The notes under the pieces are model-generated. The model did no database searches, was not told where the DNA came from, and saw only the letters and a list, made by a program, of their open reading frames with translations. The position numbers and the translations under genes were made by a program. A stretch of 63,399 nt of DNA, the filler included. It is 11 parts of 11 records of this genome, joined end to end, with 100 filler letters (N's around TTAATTAATTAA, not from the genome) between each part and the next. Parts side by side here need not be neighbours in the genome. Positions count along the whole stretch, not along the records: positions 36,236 to 48,782 come from SRR20825010_4920; positions 48,883 to 56,065 come from SRR20825010_4922; 9 more parts are not named here. The stretch is one strand, 5' to 3'. Positions within the stretch are counted from its first letter, which is position 1. Each line of letters opens with the position of its first letter. Below, one piece after another: positions 40,439-50,082 of the stretch.

Positions 40439-41044
40439 CTATAGCGGCCTTTGGACCCAACGATCTCCCAACTCACCAATGGGATTTGCAAATGGCGTGA
40501 TAATGACCTGACCCTGAACGGAGCGAAACTGTTCCAATGCCCAAATGACGCTGGGGAAAGCGAGCTCCTGCCACGGAATTTCCTCCCACTCAAACAAGGC
40601 AACCTCCAGACTTTCAACGCCGGGCGAAAAATCCGGGGTACGCATTTCAGCCCGATACATGATCTGCACCTGAGCAATGCGCGGGATAGAATAGATAGCA
40701 AGTAGATCACGTATCTCTATTTCGACATTCGCCTCTTCACGCGCCTCTCGTTGTGCGCCTGCTTCCACCGTTTCACCATGCTCCATGAAGCCTGCAGGCA
40801 ACCTCCAGAACCCCTTGCGCGGTTCGATTGCACGTCGGCATAGAAGAAACTTTCCTTCAAACGTTACAACCGACCCGACAACAATTTTTGGATTGTCATA
40901 GCTGATGAGCCCGCAGTGATCACAAATATCACGCGCAATGCTGTCACCGGCCGGAACCCTTTGTGAGAAAGACAAATCCTGCTTGGATCCTGGCTCACGA
41001 TGTTTCATTGGTCCCGGTTTTGACATTTTCCATCTCCGCGTCAA
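40439..41044 (-). CDS. NUDIX hydrolase (start uncertain)
   Basis: Nudix box GFMEHGETVEAGAQREAREEAN. Confidence 0.9.
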   Translation of the reverse strand: MTRRWKMSKPGPMKHREPGSKQDLSFSQRVPAGDSIARDICDHCGLISYDNPKIVVGSVVTFEGKFLLCRRAIEPRKGFWRLPAGFMEHGETVEAGAQREAREEANVEIEIRDLLAIYSIPRIAQVQIMYRAEMRTPDFSPGVESLEVALFEWEEIPWQELAFPSVIWALEQFRSVQGQVIITPFANPIGELGDRWVQRPL

Positions 41045-41347
41045 CTAGTGGACAGCTTTTCCCGTCTGTCATTAGAAAGTTTATCCCACATTCTCAAGAC
41101 CAAGGTCTATTTCCATACATATTTATATCAATTTGAAAAAGCTCATCGTTTTACTTATCAATCGCCTTTCATCAGTTTACGGAATTCATCTGCATTTCAT
41201 GGTTACGAAAATTTCACTTTGACTGCATTATGCGCAAATTGCACAAAGCCCAATATATTCCGCCTCCGGAAGGCGTGCTGCGACACTTTCCCTATCTACT
41301 GGAGCTTGCAGAGTCTGAAACAAGAGTGCATATGAAGGCGATCAATA

Positions 41348-41394
41348 TGCTGACAAAATGTCGACCCCCCATTTCAAAATTGAATTTGTCAGCA
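41348..41394. promoter_or_regulatory. Perfect 10-bp inverted repeat upstream of marR, candidate operator or hairpin
   Basis: TGCTGACAAA-N27-TTTGTCAGCA in an AT-rich divergent intergenic region. Confidence 0.4.
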
Positions 41395-41461
41395 CGTCCT
41401 TTCAGTGGAATGCGGTCCAGCTATCTGTGACCCAACCATTTTTCATCCGGAGGTTTTTACC

Positions 41462-42004
41462 ATGGCAAGCAAGAAGTCGGCGGGAAGCTACGATCTCGAA
41501 ACATCCCTGAGCCACTTGCTACGTCGCGCCCAGCAATTTGCGTATGACCAGTTTGTTCAGCAAATGGGTGACAGCACAATCACACCGCGCCAGTTCATTG
41601 TTCTCTTTGCCGTAAATGAGGAAGAAGGTCTGAGCCAGACCGACCTTGTCAACCGCACAGGTATTGACCGGTCGACACTGGCCGACATGATCAGCCGTAT
41701 GATAAAAAACGGCCTGCTTGCCCGCAAGCGCACCGCCGAAGATGCCCGTGCCAATGCAGTACGTTTGACCGCCGCAGGTCGCCGCGCACTCAACAGCAGC
41801 CTGCCCCGCGCCATCACGGCCGAGAAGTCCTTGCTGGACCTGCTCCCCAAAACAGTGCAGGCCGACCTGGTGAAGGGTCTGACCCAGCTCGCCACAGCAA
41901 TTGTGTCGTCCAAGGTTGAAGAAAAGCCTGCACGTGCCCCGCGCCGCGCCGCGCCTGCCGCACGCAAAAAAGCAGCCCCCAAAAAGGCTGCCAAGCGCAA
42001 GTAA
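41462..42004 (+). CDS. MarR family regulator with a basic Lys/Ala/Arg C-terminal tail
   Basis: LSHLLRRAQQ, ITPRQF, SQTDL...IDRSTL, DARANAVRLT; GGAGG RBS. Confidence 0.9.
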   Translation: MASKKSAGSYDLETSLSHLLRRAQQFAYDQFVQQMGDSTITPRQFIVLFAVNEEEGLSQTDLVNRTGIDRSTLADMISRMIKNGLLARKRTAEDARANAVRLTAAGRRALNSSLPRAITAEKSLLDLLPKTVQADLVKGLTQLATAIVSSKVEEKPARAPRRAAPAARKKAAPKKAAKRK

Positions 42005-42047
42005 GCTTGAACACCAGAATAAGCGGCGTCCGCACCTTGCGGAAAAG

Positions 42048-42611
42048 TTAGGGAACGGACGCCGCCTTCAAGGCAGGTAAAATTTCAGTGTCGATCATGT
42101 CCGACGTCAACGGGCCAACATGTTTGAAGGCGATGCGCCCCTTGCCGTCGATGACATAAGTCTCCGGCACCCCGTAAACACCCCAATCAATAGCAACCCG
42201 TCCCTTGGCATCAACACCAATGCGATCAAACGGATTGCCCAGTTCACTCAAAAATCCTCGCGCGCTCTCTTCTGTGTCCTTGTAGTTCAGGCCATATAGA
42301 AGTGCGTCGGTGCGTTTCTTGAGTTCGCTCAGCACGGCATGTTCCTGACGACAAGGCACACACCACGACGCCCAGACATTTACAACGGACGCTTTTCCCT
42401 GACCAAAATCACTACTGGATAACCCCGGAGTATTCAGGCCCACAACAGGCGGTAATTCAAATTGCGGCACTTCCCGCCCTATGAGCGGCGAGGGCACACG
42501 CGATGGGTCACCCCCGAAAACGGCGACAAGAAAAAGAACGGCAACAACCAGAAAAACAAAAACCGGAATCAAAGCGCTCCAGCGAACCTGTCTTTTTACG
42601 CCATTTGTCAT
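42048..42611 (-). CDS. ccmG: Thiol:disulfide oxidoreductase CcmG/DsbE
   Basis: WASWCVPCRQEH, GVYGVPETY. Confidence 0.95.
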   Translation of the reverse strand: MTNGVKRQVRWSALIPVFVFLVVAVLFLVAVFGGDPSRVPSPLIGREVPQFELPPVVGLNTPGLSSSDFGQGKASVVNVWASWCVPCRQEHAVLSELKKRTDALLYGLNYKDTEESARGFLSELGNPFDRIGVDAKGRVAIDWGVYGVPETYVIDGKGRIAFKHVGPLTSDMIDTEILPALKAASVP

Positions 42612-42823
42612 GCGCCTAGGTCCGTATCTTTCGCCGCATCCTTCATCGGCGCGCGCTTCCGCGATCCGTCCGAGTTGAGTTTTTCCAAAACGGCCAGCAA
42701 TGTTTTTTGCCGCCTGAGATCACGCCAAGTCGCAAGGATCAAAACCAGCATGACCAAACCGACGATGGCGTAGGAAGACCATACAAACCCGGCATATCCG
42801 CCCATGGCAAAAAAATCAGCCAT
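42608..42823 (-). CDS. ccmD: Heme exporter protein CcmD (71 aa)
   Basis: MADFFAMGGYAGFVWSSY + TM + basic tail, between ccmC and ccmG. Confidence 0.9.
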   Translation of the reverse strand: MADFFAMGGYAGFVWSSYAIVGLVMLVLILATWRDLRRQKTLLAVLEKLNSDGSRKRAPMKDAAKDTDLGA

Positions 42824-42825
42824 CC

Positions 42826-43572
42826 CTATGCCTCCACCTGCGCCAACCGCAAGGCACGGATACGGCGACGCAGTATTTCGGCACGCATGCCCGCAAACAG
42901 CATCACAACAAAGAAAACCGTGAAACCCAGCGCCATCAGCGCCAAAGGTATAAGCATTGATGGAGCGATCTGCGGACCATCCATCCGGAACACACTTGCA
43001 GGCTGATGCAGCGTATTCCACCAGACAACAGAGTAATGCACGATCGGCACATTGATAGACCCCACTAGCGCAAGTACAGCAGCAGCACGCCCCGCCCGCG
43101 TCGGTTCCTCTATTGTTTGCCAGAGCGCCATATAGCCCAAATAAAGAAAAAGTAGAATCAGCATGGAGGTGAGACGCGCATCCCATTCCCACCACGTACC
43201 CCACATAGGACGGCCCCAAAGCGATCCTGTGACAAGTGCCAGAAAACAAAACGCCGCACCAATGGGGGCCGCAGATTTGGCACAAACATCTGCAAGCGGG
43301 TGGCGGAATACCAACGCGACAAGCGATGCAACAGCCATCACCATATATCCCATCATGCCAAGCCAGGCCGAAGGCACATGCACATACATGATGCGCACTG
43401 TCTCGCCCTGCTGGTAATCAGGCGGAGAATTCAACAAACTGAACCACAACCCGCTGCCGATCAGCCCGATCGTCAGAAGAGCCAGCGGCCACATCAACCA
43501 GCCAGATAGCGCCATAAAACGGGCCGGATTGGCAAAGGCGTGAAATCTTTGTGTCAGTGTAAGCTTGGACAT
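42826..43572 (-). CDS. ccmC: Heme exporter protein CcmC
   Basis: YVHVP, WGRPMWGTWWEWDARLT, WWNTLHQ. Confidence 0.97.
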   Translation of the reverse strand: MSKLTLTQRFHAFANPARFMALSGWLMWPLALLTIGLIGSGLWFSLLNSPPDYQQGETVRIMYVHVPSAWLGMMGYMVMAVASLVALVFRHPLADVCAKSAAPIGAAFCFLALVTGSLWGRPMWGTWWEWDARLTSMLILLFLYLGYMALWQTIEEPTRAGRAAAVLALVGSINVPIVHYSVVWWNTLHQPASVFRMDGPQIAPSMLIPLALMALGFTVFFVVMLFAGMRAEILRRRIRALRLAQVEA

Positions 43573-43646
43573 TGTGCCATTTAGCTGTCTGTGAACCATT
43601 TGGGCAAGGCGCTGGCGTCAATTCGGGCCGCGCAATTTGCCGCGTA

Positions 43647-44321
43647 TCAGGATTTGAGATTGGCTCTGAGCGCCGCCGCCGAGGCCCAAGGACCAACCAC
43701 CAAAGAAACCAGCGTCACGGCCGCCAGGAGCAATAAAGCCTGCTCTGCTGCACCGGGCATTGCATCTGCTCCGCCACTAGCTGCAACACCAAAAATCAGC
43801 ACCGGTATATAGAATGGCATCACAAGCAGGGATGCCAGCAACCCACCTCGTCTGACGCTCACCGTAAGAGCCGCACCAATTGCCCCCAAAAGACTCAAGG
43901 CCGGTGTGCCGATCATCATGGCGGCCAAAAGCGGACGAAAAACCACAGGATCAAGATTAAGCAGCAATCCAAGAAGTGGGGCGACAATAACGAGCGGTAA
44001 ACCGGTTGTCAGCCAATGCGCAATCACCTTGGCGCAAACCGTCAACTCCAACGGCAAAGTACCCATAGTCAGAACATCTAGCGTCCCATCCTCGAAATCC
44101 GCTTGAAATAAACGGTCGAGTGTAAGAAGCGATGACAAAAGCAGCGCCACCCAGAGAAATCCGGGTGCAATCTGCCCCAGAAGCTGCAAATTTGGCCCTA
44201 CACCCAAAGGCAGGATGGCAACAGTAACAAGAAAGAAGAAGACAGCCATGCCGCCGCCACCGCCAACATGCACGGCCAGCGCAACATCCCGACGCAATAG
44301 CGCGACGAATGCACTCATCAT
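43647..44321 (-). CDS. ccmB: Heme exporter protein CcmB
   Basis: LDRLFQADFEDGTLD, KVIAHW, PFYIPVLIFG. Confidence 0.96.
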   Translation of the reverse strand: MMSAFVALLRRDVALAVHVGGGGGMAVFFFLVTVAILPLGVGPNLQLLGQIAPGFLWVALLLSSLLTLDRLFQADFEDGTLDVLTMGTLPLELTVCAKVIAHWLTTGLPLVIVAPLLGLLLNLDPVVFRPLLAAMMIGTPALSLLGAIGAALTVSVRRGGLLASLLVMPFYIPVLIFGVAASGGADAMPGAAEQALLLLAAVTLVSLVVGPWASAAALRANLKS

Positions 44322-44965
44322 GTCGGCACCTGCACTTGTGCGGCACCTATTCTAAGGCTGGTCACAGGCTCCAGACCAAGCTCCTGATGCGTAGCAGCAA
44401 TGATCATACCGCCATATGCCAAATGGCCCTGCATCGCACTCACAAGCCGGGAAAGACTTGCGGCATCAAGGGCCACACTGGGTTCATCCAGCAGCCAGAG
44501 CGCGCGTGGGGCAATAAGCAAACGCGCAAGACTGAGCCTGCGCCTTTGTCCGGCCGAAAGATAAGCCACCGGTAATTCGGCAAGATGGACCAGATCGAAC
44601 ACCTCAAAAGCATGCGCCACACTGTCAGGTGTCCCCCCTAGAAAATCCGACCAAAAGCGGGCGGTCTCCGCCACACTCATAGCCGCCTTCAAAGCATCCG
44701 CATGACCGACATAGTGGGTTTGCTCTGCAAGACTGAAATCCTCTTTCCCACCTTCGAGCACCAATTCGCCACCCGCCGGATCAAGCAACCCGCCAATCAA
44801 TCGCAATAAGCTCGATTTACCTGCTCCGTTTGCACCAGTCACAACCATGGCCGCGCCACCTGCCAAAACAAATGACAGATCACGAAACACCATTCGTCCG
44901 CCGCGCTGGCAGTCAAGATGTTCGGCCCGCAGGCTCAGACTATTTGGGTAGGTAGATGTGATCAC
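44318..44965 (-). CDS. ccmA: Heme ABC exporter ATPase CcmA (start uncertain)
   Basis: GANGAGKSSLLR, LSAGQRRR, WLLDEP. Confidence 0.93.
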   Translation of the reverse strand: MITSTYPNSLSLRAEHLDCQRGGRMVFRDLSFVLAGGAAMVVTGANGAGKSSLLRLIGGLLDPAGGELVLEGGKEDFSLAEQTHYVGHADALKAAMSVAETARFWSDFLGGTPDSVAHAFEVFDLVHLAELPVAYLSAGQRRRLSLARLLIAPRALWLLDEPSVALDAASLSRLVSAMQGHLAYGGMIIAATHQELGLEPVTSLRIGAAQVQVPT

Positions 44966-44975
44966 AAACAGACTT

Positions 44976-45803
44976 TCAGATTTCGTCAAAGCGTCCGCCG
45001 CGCCCTTTACCAGCGGCAAAGCGCGCGGCGCCTTTTACTGTCTCGCCAGTTGATAGCACACGGCGACCATGCTCGAACTCATTTGCCACGGCCTGATCAT
45101 AAGGCAAATCCCATTGCTGATAGGCCGACATACGATCCCCCTTGAGACAATTTTGAGGAAAACGGGCGATTTCAGCAGCCAACTTCTCCGCTTCCACCCG
45201 CCCCTGACCTTTGGAAACCACCCGATTGGCAAGCCCCATGCTCAAAGCCTCTGCCGCGTGAACAGCGCGACCCGTCAAGATCAGATCCATAGCACGCGCA
45301 TGTCCGATCAGACGCGGTAGCCTCACTGTACCGCCATCAATAAGTGGAACGCCCCAACGACGGCAGAATACGCCCATCACCGCGTCTTCTTCGACCACGC
45401 GCATATCGCACCACAGAGCAAGCTCCAATCCGCCAGCCACAGCAAAGCCTGAGATCGCGCCGATCACGGGCTTGGAAAGCACCATGCGCGACGGCCCCAT
45501 AGGGCCGTCTGTCGCCATACGATCAAATTCGAGTCCGATGCGCGGATTACGGATGAGATTGCTATGCTGCGCGTCCGCGCTATCTGTGCCGCCTGCTGCC
45601 ACCGCTTTGAGGTCAGCACCTGCACAGAACGTTCCGTGATCACCCGCAAAGACGGCCACCAGCGCGTTCTCATCCTGTTCGAAGGCAAGAAACGCATCAG
45701 CAAGTGCCGCTGCTGTCGATCTATCAACGGCATTGCGCACCTCCGGACGACTGAGGATCACTGTTGTGACGGGACCATTCCTCTCGATGCGCACCGTTTC
45801 CAC
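44976..45803 (-). CDS. Crotonase/enoyl-CoA hydratase family protein
   Basis: RNAVD, FCAGADLK, AVAGGLELALWCD; GTG start at 45803 with AGGGAG RBS. Confidence 0.92.
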   Translation of the reverse strand: METVRIERNGPVTTVILSRPEVRNAVDRSTAAALADAFLAFEQDENALVAVFAGDHGTFCAGADLKAVAAGGTDSADAQHSNLIRNPRIGLEFDRMATDGPMGPSRMVLSKPVIGAISGFAVAGGLELALWCDMRVVEEDAVMGVFCRRWGVPLIDGGTVRLPRLIGHARAMDLILTGRAVHAAEALSMGLANRVVSKGQGRVEAEKLAAEIARFPQNCLKGDRMSAYQQWDLPYDQAVANEFEHGRRVLSTGETVKGAARFAAGKGRGGRFDEI

Positions 45804-46058
45804 GCCTATCTCCCTTGTTACTTTTCGCTCTGGTTTCTGTGAGCAATTATCACTTGATATGAATAGGTCAAACCATAGCCTTCGTGTGGGAAAGACCTTA
45901 TAGTGCGGGCCGTCAAGCATACAGGCCCAATGGCACGGCATGCGGCGGCGATTTGCGATAACCGGCCTTGCGTATTTACTCCGCTCGGACGGCTCGCCAA
46001 AACGACCCCCTCACCCCCCGCCACATCTGCCAGGGCACGCATCATCGAGGAACATTCC

Positions 46059-48782
46059 ATGGCGAAGAAGGCCCCGGCTAAGGCCAAAACCAAAGCGAAA
46101 AAGGCAAGCGCAAAAGTTGCGAAGCCTGTAGCAAAGAAAGCAAAGGCAGCGACAAAAACCGTCGCCAAAAAAGTGAAGGCTGCTGCAAAGCCTGTCGCTA
46201 AGAAGGCAAAAGCAACTGCAAAGCCTGTAGCGAAAAAGGTCAAGGCGACAACAAAGCCCGTCGCCAAGAAGGCCAAAGTCGCCGCTAAGCCGGTTGCTAA
46301 AAAGGTGAAGTCGGCTGCAAAGCCCGTCGCTAAAAAGGCGAAGGCTGCTGCAAAGCCTGTAGCCAAGAAAGTTAAAACAGCAGCTAAAAAGGCCGCGCCA
46401 GCCAAAAAGCCGGCGGCGAAAAAAGTAGCTCCGAAAAAGGCAGCTGTGAAAAAGACCGCTACGGCAAAAAAAGCAGTCGCAAAGAAAGCCGCCCCTGCAA
46501 AAAAGATAGCTGCGAAGAAGGCGACACCCGCGAGGAAGCCTACGGCCAAACCCGCAGCCAAGAAAGCCGCTCCCAAAAAGGCAGCATCGAAAGCCCCCGG
46601 CAACAGCTTCGGTGCCAAACAGACACTGAAGGTCGGCAAGCGCAGCTACACGATCTACAGCATCAAAGCTGCAGAAAAAAACGGTCTGCCCGGCACAGCC
46701 CGTCTGCCTTTCTCGTTGAAGGTTCTGCTCGAAAATCTTCTGCGTTTTGAAGATGGCCGCACCGTCACTGCCGATGATATCAAGGCTGTGAAGGGCTGGC
46801 TCAAGTCGCGTAGCTCGACACGCGAAATCGCCTATCGCCCCGCCCGCGTTCTTATGCAGGACTTCACCGGCGTCCCCGCCGTGGTCGATCTTGCCGCTAT
46901 GCGCGACGCTGTGAAGACGCTCGGTGGCGATCCGACCAAGATCAATCCGCTGGTACCAGTCGATCTCGTCATCGATCACTCGGTCATGGTTGACAAATTC
47001 GGCACACAGACCGCGTTCCGCGAAAATACGGAAATTGAGTACAGCCGCAATCGCGAGCGCTATGAATTTCTGCGTTGGGGTTCCAAGGCCTTCAACAACT
47101 TCCGCGTTGTCCCGCCTGGAACAGGCATCTGCCATCAGGTGAACCTCGAATATCTCGCCCAGACTGTCTGGACAAAGACAGAAGGCAAGGAAGAGATCGC
47201 CTACCCCGACACCTGCGTCGGCACAGACAGCCACACCACCATGGTAAACGGCCTTGCCGTTCTGGGTTGGGGCGTGGGCGGTATCGAAGCCGAAGCTGCA
47301 ATGCTCGGCCAGCCGGTTTCCATGCTCATTCCCGAAGTCATCGGCTTCAAGCTCACGGGCAAACTTGCTGAGGGCGTGACCGCCACCGATATGGTGCTCA
47401 CAATCACCCAGATGCTCCGCAAACGCGGCGTTGTTGGCAAATTCGTCGAATATTTCGGCGGCGGCCTCGACAATCTCACGCTCGAAGATCGCGCCACTGT
47501 CGCCAACATGGCGCCTGAATACGGCGCGACTTGCGGCTTCTTCCCGATCGACAATGAAACCCTCAAATTCCTCAGAGCTACAGGTCGCTCCGAAGAACGC
47601 GTCGCTCTTGTCGAAGCTTATGCAAAAGCACAGGGCATGTTCCGCGAAAAGAACACGCCCGATCCGGTCTTCACCGACACGCTGGAACTCGACCTCTCCT
47701 CGGTTGTGCCCAGCCTTGCCGGTCCCAAGCGTCCACAGGATCGTGTTGCACTCACCGATGTCGCAGCAAGCTTTGCCGGTTCTTTAGCAGGTGAATTCGG
47801 CAAGCCCGGTCAGGCTGCTAACCGCGTTGCCGTCGAAGGCAAGGATTTCGATCTCGGTCATGGCGACGTCGTCATTGCAGCAATCACGTCCTGCACCAAC
47901 ACGTCGAACCCCAGCGTGCTTGTTGCCGCCGGTCTTGTGGCGCGTAACGCCCGCAAGCTTGGTCTGCAGGTAAAGCCTTGGGTCAAGACTTCGCTTGCTC
48001 CCGGCTCACAGGTCGTCACTGACTACCTGACAAAGTCCGGCTTGCAGTCAGACCTCGACGCACTGGGCTTTGACCTAGTCGGTTATGGTTGCACGACCTG
48101 CATCGGCAATTCCGGCCCTCTGCCGATCGAAATCAGCCAGACGATCAACAAGAACGACCTCGTCGCTTCGGCTGTCCTCTCGGGCAATCGTAACTTCGAA
48201 GGCCGTGTCTCACCGGATGTGAAGGCAAACTACCTCGCCTCACCCCCGCTGGTCGTCGCCTACGCGCTTGCCGGTTCCACTCAGATCGACATCACCAAGG
48301 ATCCGATCGGAACAGGCAGCAACGGGCAGCCTGTCTACCTGAAAGATATCTGGCCTTCGACACAGGAAATCGCCGACACGGTGCGCTCCTGCGTTACACC
48401 GGAAATGTTCCGCAACCGCTATGCCAACGTGTTCGATGGCGATGCGAACTGGCAGAGCATCAAGGTTACGGGTGGCCTGACCTACGACTGGGACAATGAA
48501 TCGACCTATGTCCAGAACCCGCCCTACTTCGAAGGTCTGAAGCAGGAACTGACGCCGCTTGAAAATGTGAACAAGGCACGGATCCTCGGCCTCTTTGCCG
48601 ACTCGATTACGACCGACCACATTTCACCTGCCGGCAACATCAAGGTCCAGAGCCCTGCTGGCTCTTACCTGATTTCCAAACAGGTCGGTGCACAGGACTT
48701 CAACGGCTATGGCGCACGCCGTGGCAACCATCAAGTCATGATGCGCGGCACCTTTGCCAATATCCGCATCAAGAACCAGATG
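46059..48782 (+). CDS. acnA: Aconitate hydratase AcnA with histone-H1-like N-terminal extension (3'-partial)
   Basis: [47 protein letters not shown] 46059 after GAGG. Confidence 0.95.
46119..46382 (+). repeat. Eight tandem 33-nt coding repeats (11 aa, consensus AKPVAKK[A/V]KAA)
   Basis: [88 protein letters not shown]. Confidence 0.95.
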
Positions 48783-48882
48783 NNNNNNNNNNNNNNNNNN
48801 NNNNNNNNNNNNNNNNNNNNNNNNNNTTAATTAATTAANNNNNNNNNNNNNNNNNNNNNNNNNNNNNNNNNNNNNNNNNNNN
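48783..48882. other. Artificial contig linker
   Basis: N44-TTAATTAATTAA-N44. Confidence 0.99.
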
Positions 48883-49283
48883 CGCTGGAACACATTGTGC
48901 CAGACCGTGAAGAAGGTTTCGGGGATCGCTGCCGCCTCGGTCATGGTCAGCGCCGCGGGAGCCAACAGGGCATTGGTCTCGTCAACGGTGCAGTACTCGG
49001 CATATCCGCCGCCCGCCACCAGGGCGCAGACATGATCGCCCGGCTTGAACCCCTGAACGGAGGCGCCGACCGCTTCCACCTCCCCGGCAATCTCCAGCCC
49101 CGGAATATCGGATGCGCCCGGCGGCGGCGGGTAGGCTCCCTGCCGCTGCAGGCAATCAGGGCGGTTCACCCCCGCGGCCGCCACCTTGACCAGCAGTTCC
49201 GTCGCGCCAGGGACGGGCTTGTCGCGTGTTGTCGGGGTAAGGACTTCGGGACCGCCGGGCTCCCGGATTTCGATTGCACGCAT
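48883..49283 (-). CDS. NAD(P)H-quinone oxidoreductase, PIG3 family (3'-partial)
   Basis: PGGPEVL, AAGVNRPD..QRQGAYPPPPGASDIPGLE, PETFFTVW. Confidence 0.92.
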
Positions 49284-49436
49284 CAGATCGTTCTCCTGCT
49301 CACACTTTTCCACAACTTAGGCACGGGCTAGGATAACGGCAATGCCGGCCAACGGCCTGACCCAGGACAATACACGGGAAATCCCGGACCCCGGCACATG
49401 CGATGCACGAGAAGACCGAAACGCGAGGACAAGACC

Positions 49437-49628
49437 ATGTTTGCAGATGAAGACCGTCCCGAACCCGGACAACGCCATGAAATCGGCTGCGATCTGACAT
49501 TCCTGTCTGCCGGAGAACTGGAGGAGCGAATCGCGCTCCTGCACGAAGAAATCCGGCGCCTGGAAGCAGAAAAATCCTCCAAGACATCCAGCCGGAGCAC
49601 CGCCGAGAGCTTCTTCAAGCAAAAATAG
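49437..49628 (+). CDS. DUF1192 family small protein
   Basis: HEIGCDLTFLSAGELEERIALLHEEIRRLEAE...AESFFK. Confidence 0.85.
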   Translation: MFADEDRPEPGQRHEIGCDLTFLSAGELEERIALLHEEIRRLEAEKSSKTSSRSTAESFFKQK

Positions 49629-49666
49629 AGCTTAATTCGCAAGGCGTTACAGAAATGACAAAATCC

Positions 49667-49682
49667 GTTAAGCTTCGGTTAA
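49667..49682. promoter_or_regulatory. CtrA binding site
   Basis: GTTAA-GCTTCGG-TTAA = TTAA-N7-TTAAC on the minus strand. Confidence 0.75.
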
Positions 49683-49706
49683 GCTTTACAAGTCTTTACT
49701 ATACGC

Positions 49707-49802
49707 ATCCAGGCTTCCTGGATTTGACAGTCTGACCTGCGGTCATTCTGTTTGACGCCTCCCTGTTAAACTCTTGAGAGCCGCTGATGCGGCTCTTTTT
49801 TT
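49707..49802 (+). ncRNA. Candidate trans-acting small RNA (~95 nt)
   Basis: Hairpin ATCCAGG-CTT-CCTGGAT, hairpin TGACC-TGC-GGTCA, CCTCCC anti-SD motif at 49758-49763, terminator AGAGCCGC-TGAT-GCGGCTCT-T6; TACTAT -10-like hexamer at 49697-49702. Confidence 0.65.
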
Positions 49803-49953
49803 GCCTTGCTCCCGAGCGGCAAATGTCCCTAGGGTAAAACGTCTTCATTCATATGCATTTTGCGGGCGGGAACGAACCGCATGAAGGGCCCCGGATCCGT
49901 GCCGACCGGCCACCAACAGGATGTTTCATTTGCGGTTTCACCGCGGTTTTGAC

Positions 49954-49969
49954 GTTAACCCTTTCTTAA
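49954..49969. promoter_or_regulatory. CtrA binding site upstream of rcdA
   Basis: GTTAA-CCCTTTC-TTAA = TTAA-N7-TTAAC on the minus strand. Confidence 0.75.
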
Positions 49970-50082
49970 GAATACACTTGCCGGAACAGGGTCCGCGGTC
50001 CATTCTGCCCGGGCAAGGCAGAGACCTTTCCCGCCCTGCGAAAGCCGCCTACCCAGTATTTTGTAATCAGGATATTCCGGCC

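Noticed and set aside
41048-41130. DnaA-box-like TTATCCCACA suggesting oriC
   Set aside because: One imperfect match, no box cluster and no oriC-typical flanking genes
42608-43285. 225-aa Cys-rich ORF
   Set aside because: Only the last 71 codons are real (ccmD); the rest is an alternative frame of ccmC
46119-46382. 33-nt periodic sequence as a possible CRISPR array
   Set aside because: No unique spacers, it is in-frame coding with synonymous variation, and no cas genes are present
45818-46639. 273-aa Ala/Phe-rich repetitive minus-strand ORF resembling a membrane protein
   Set aside because: Mirror translation of the Lys/Ala repeat of acnA (AAA/AAG read as TTT/CTT)
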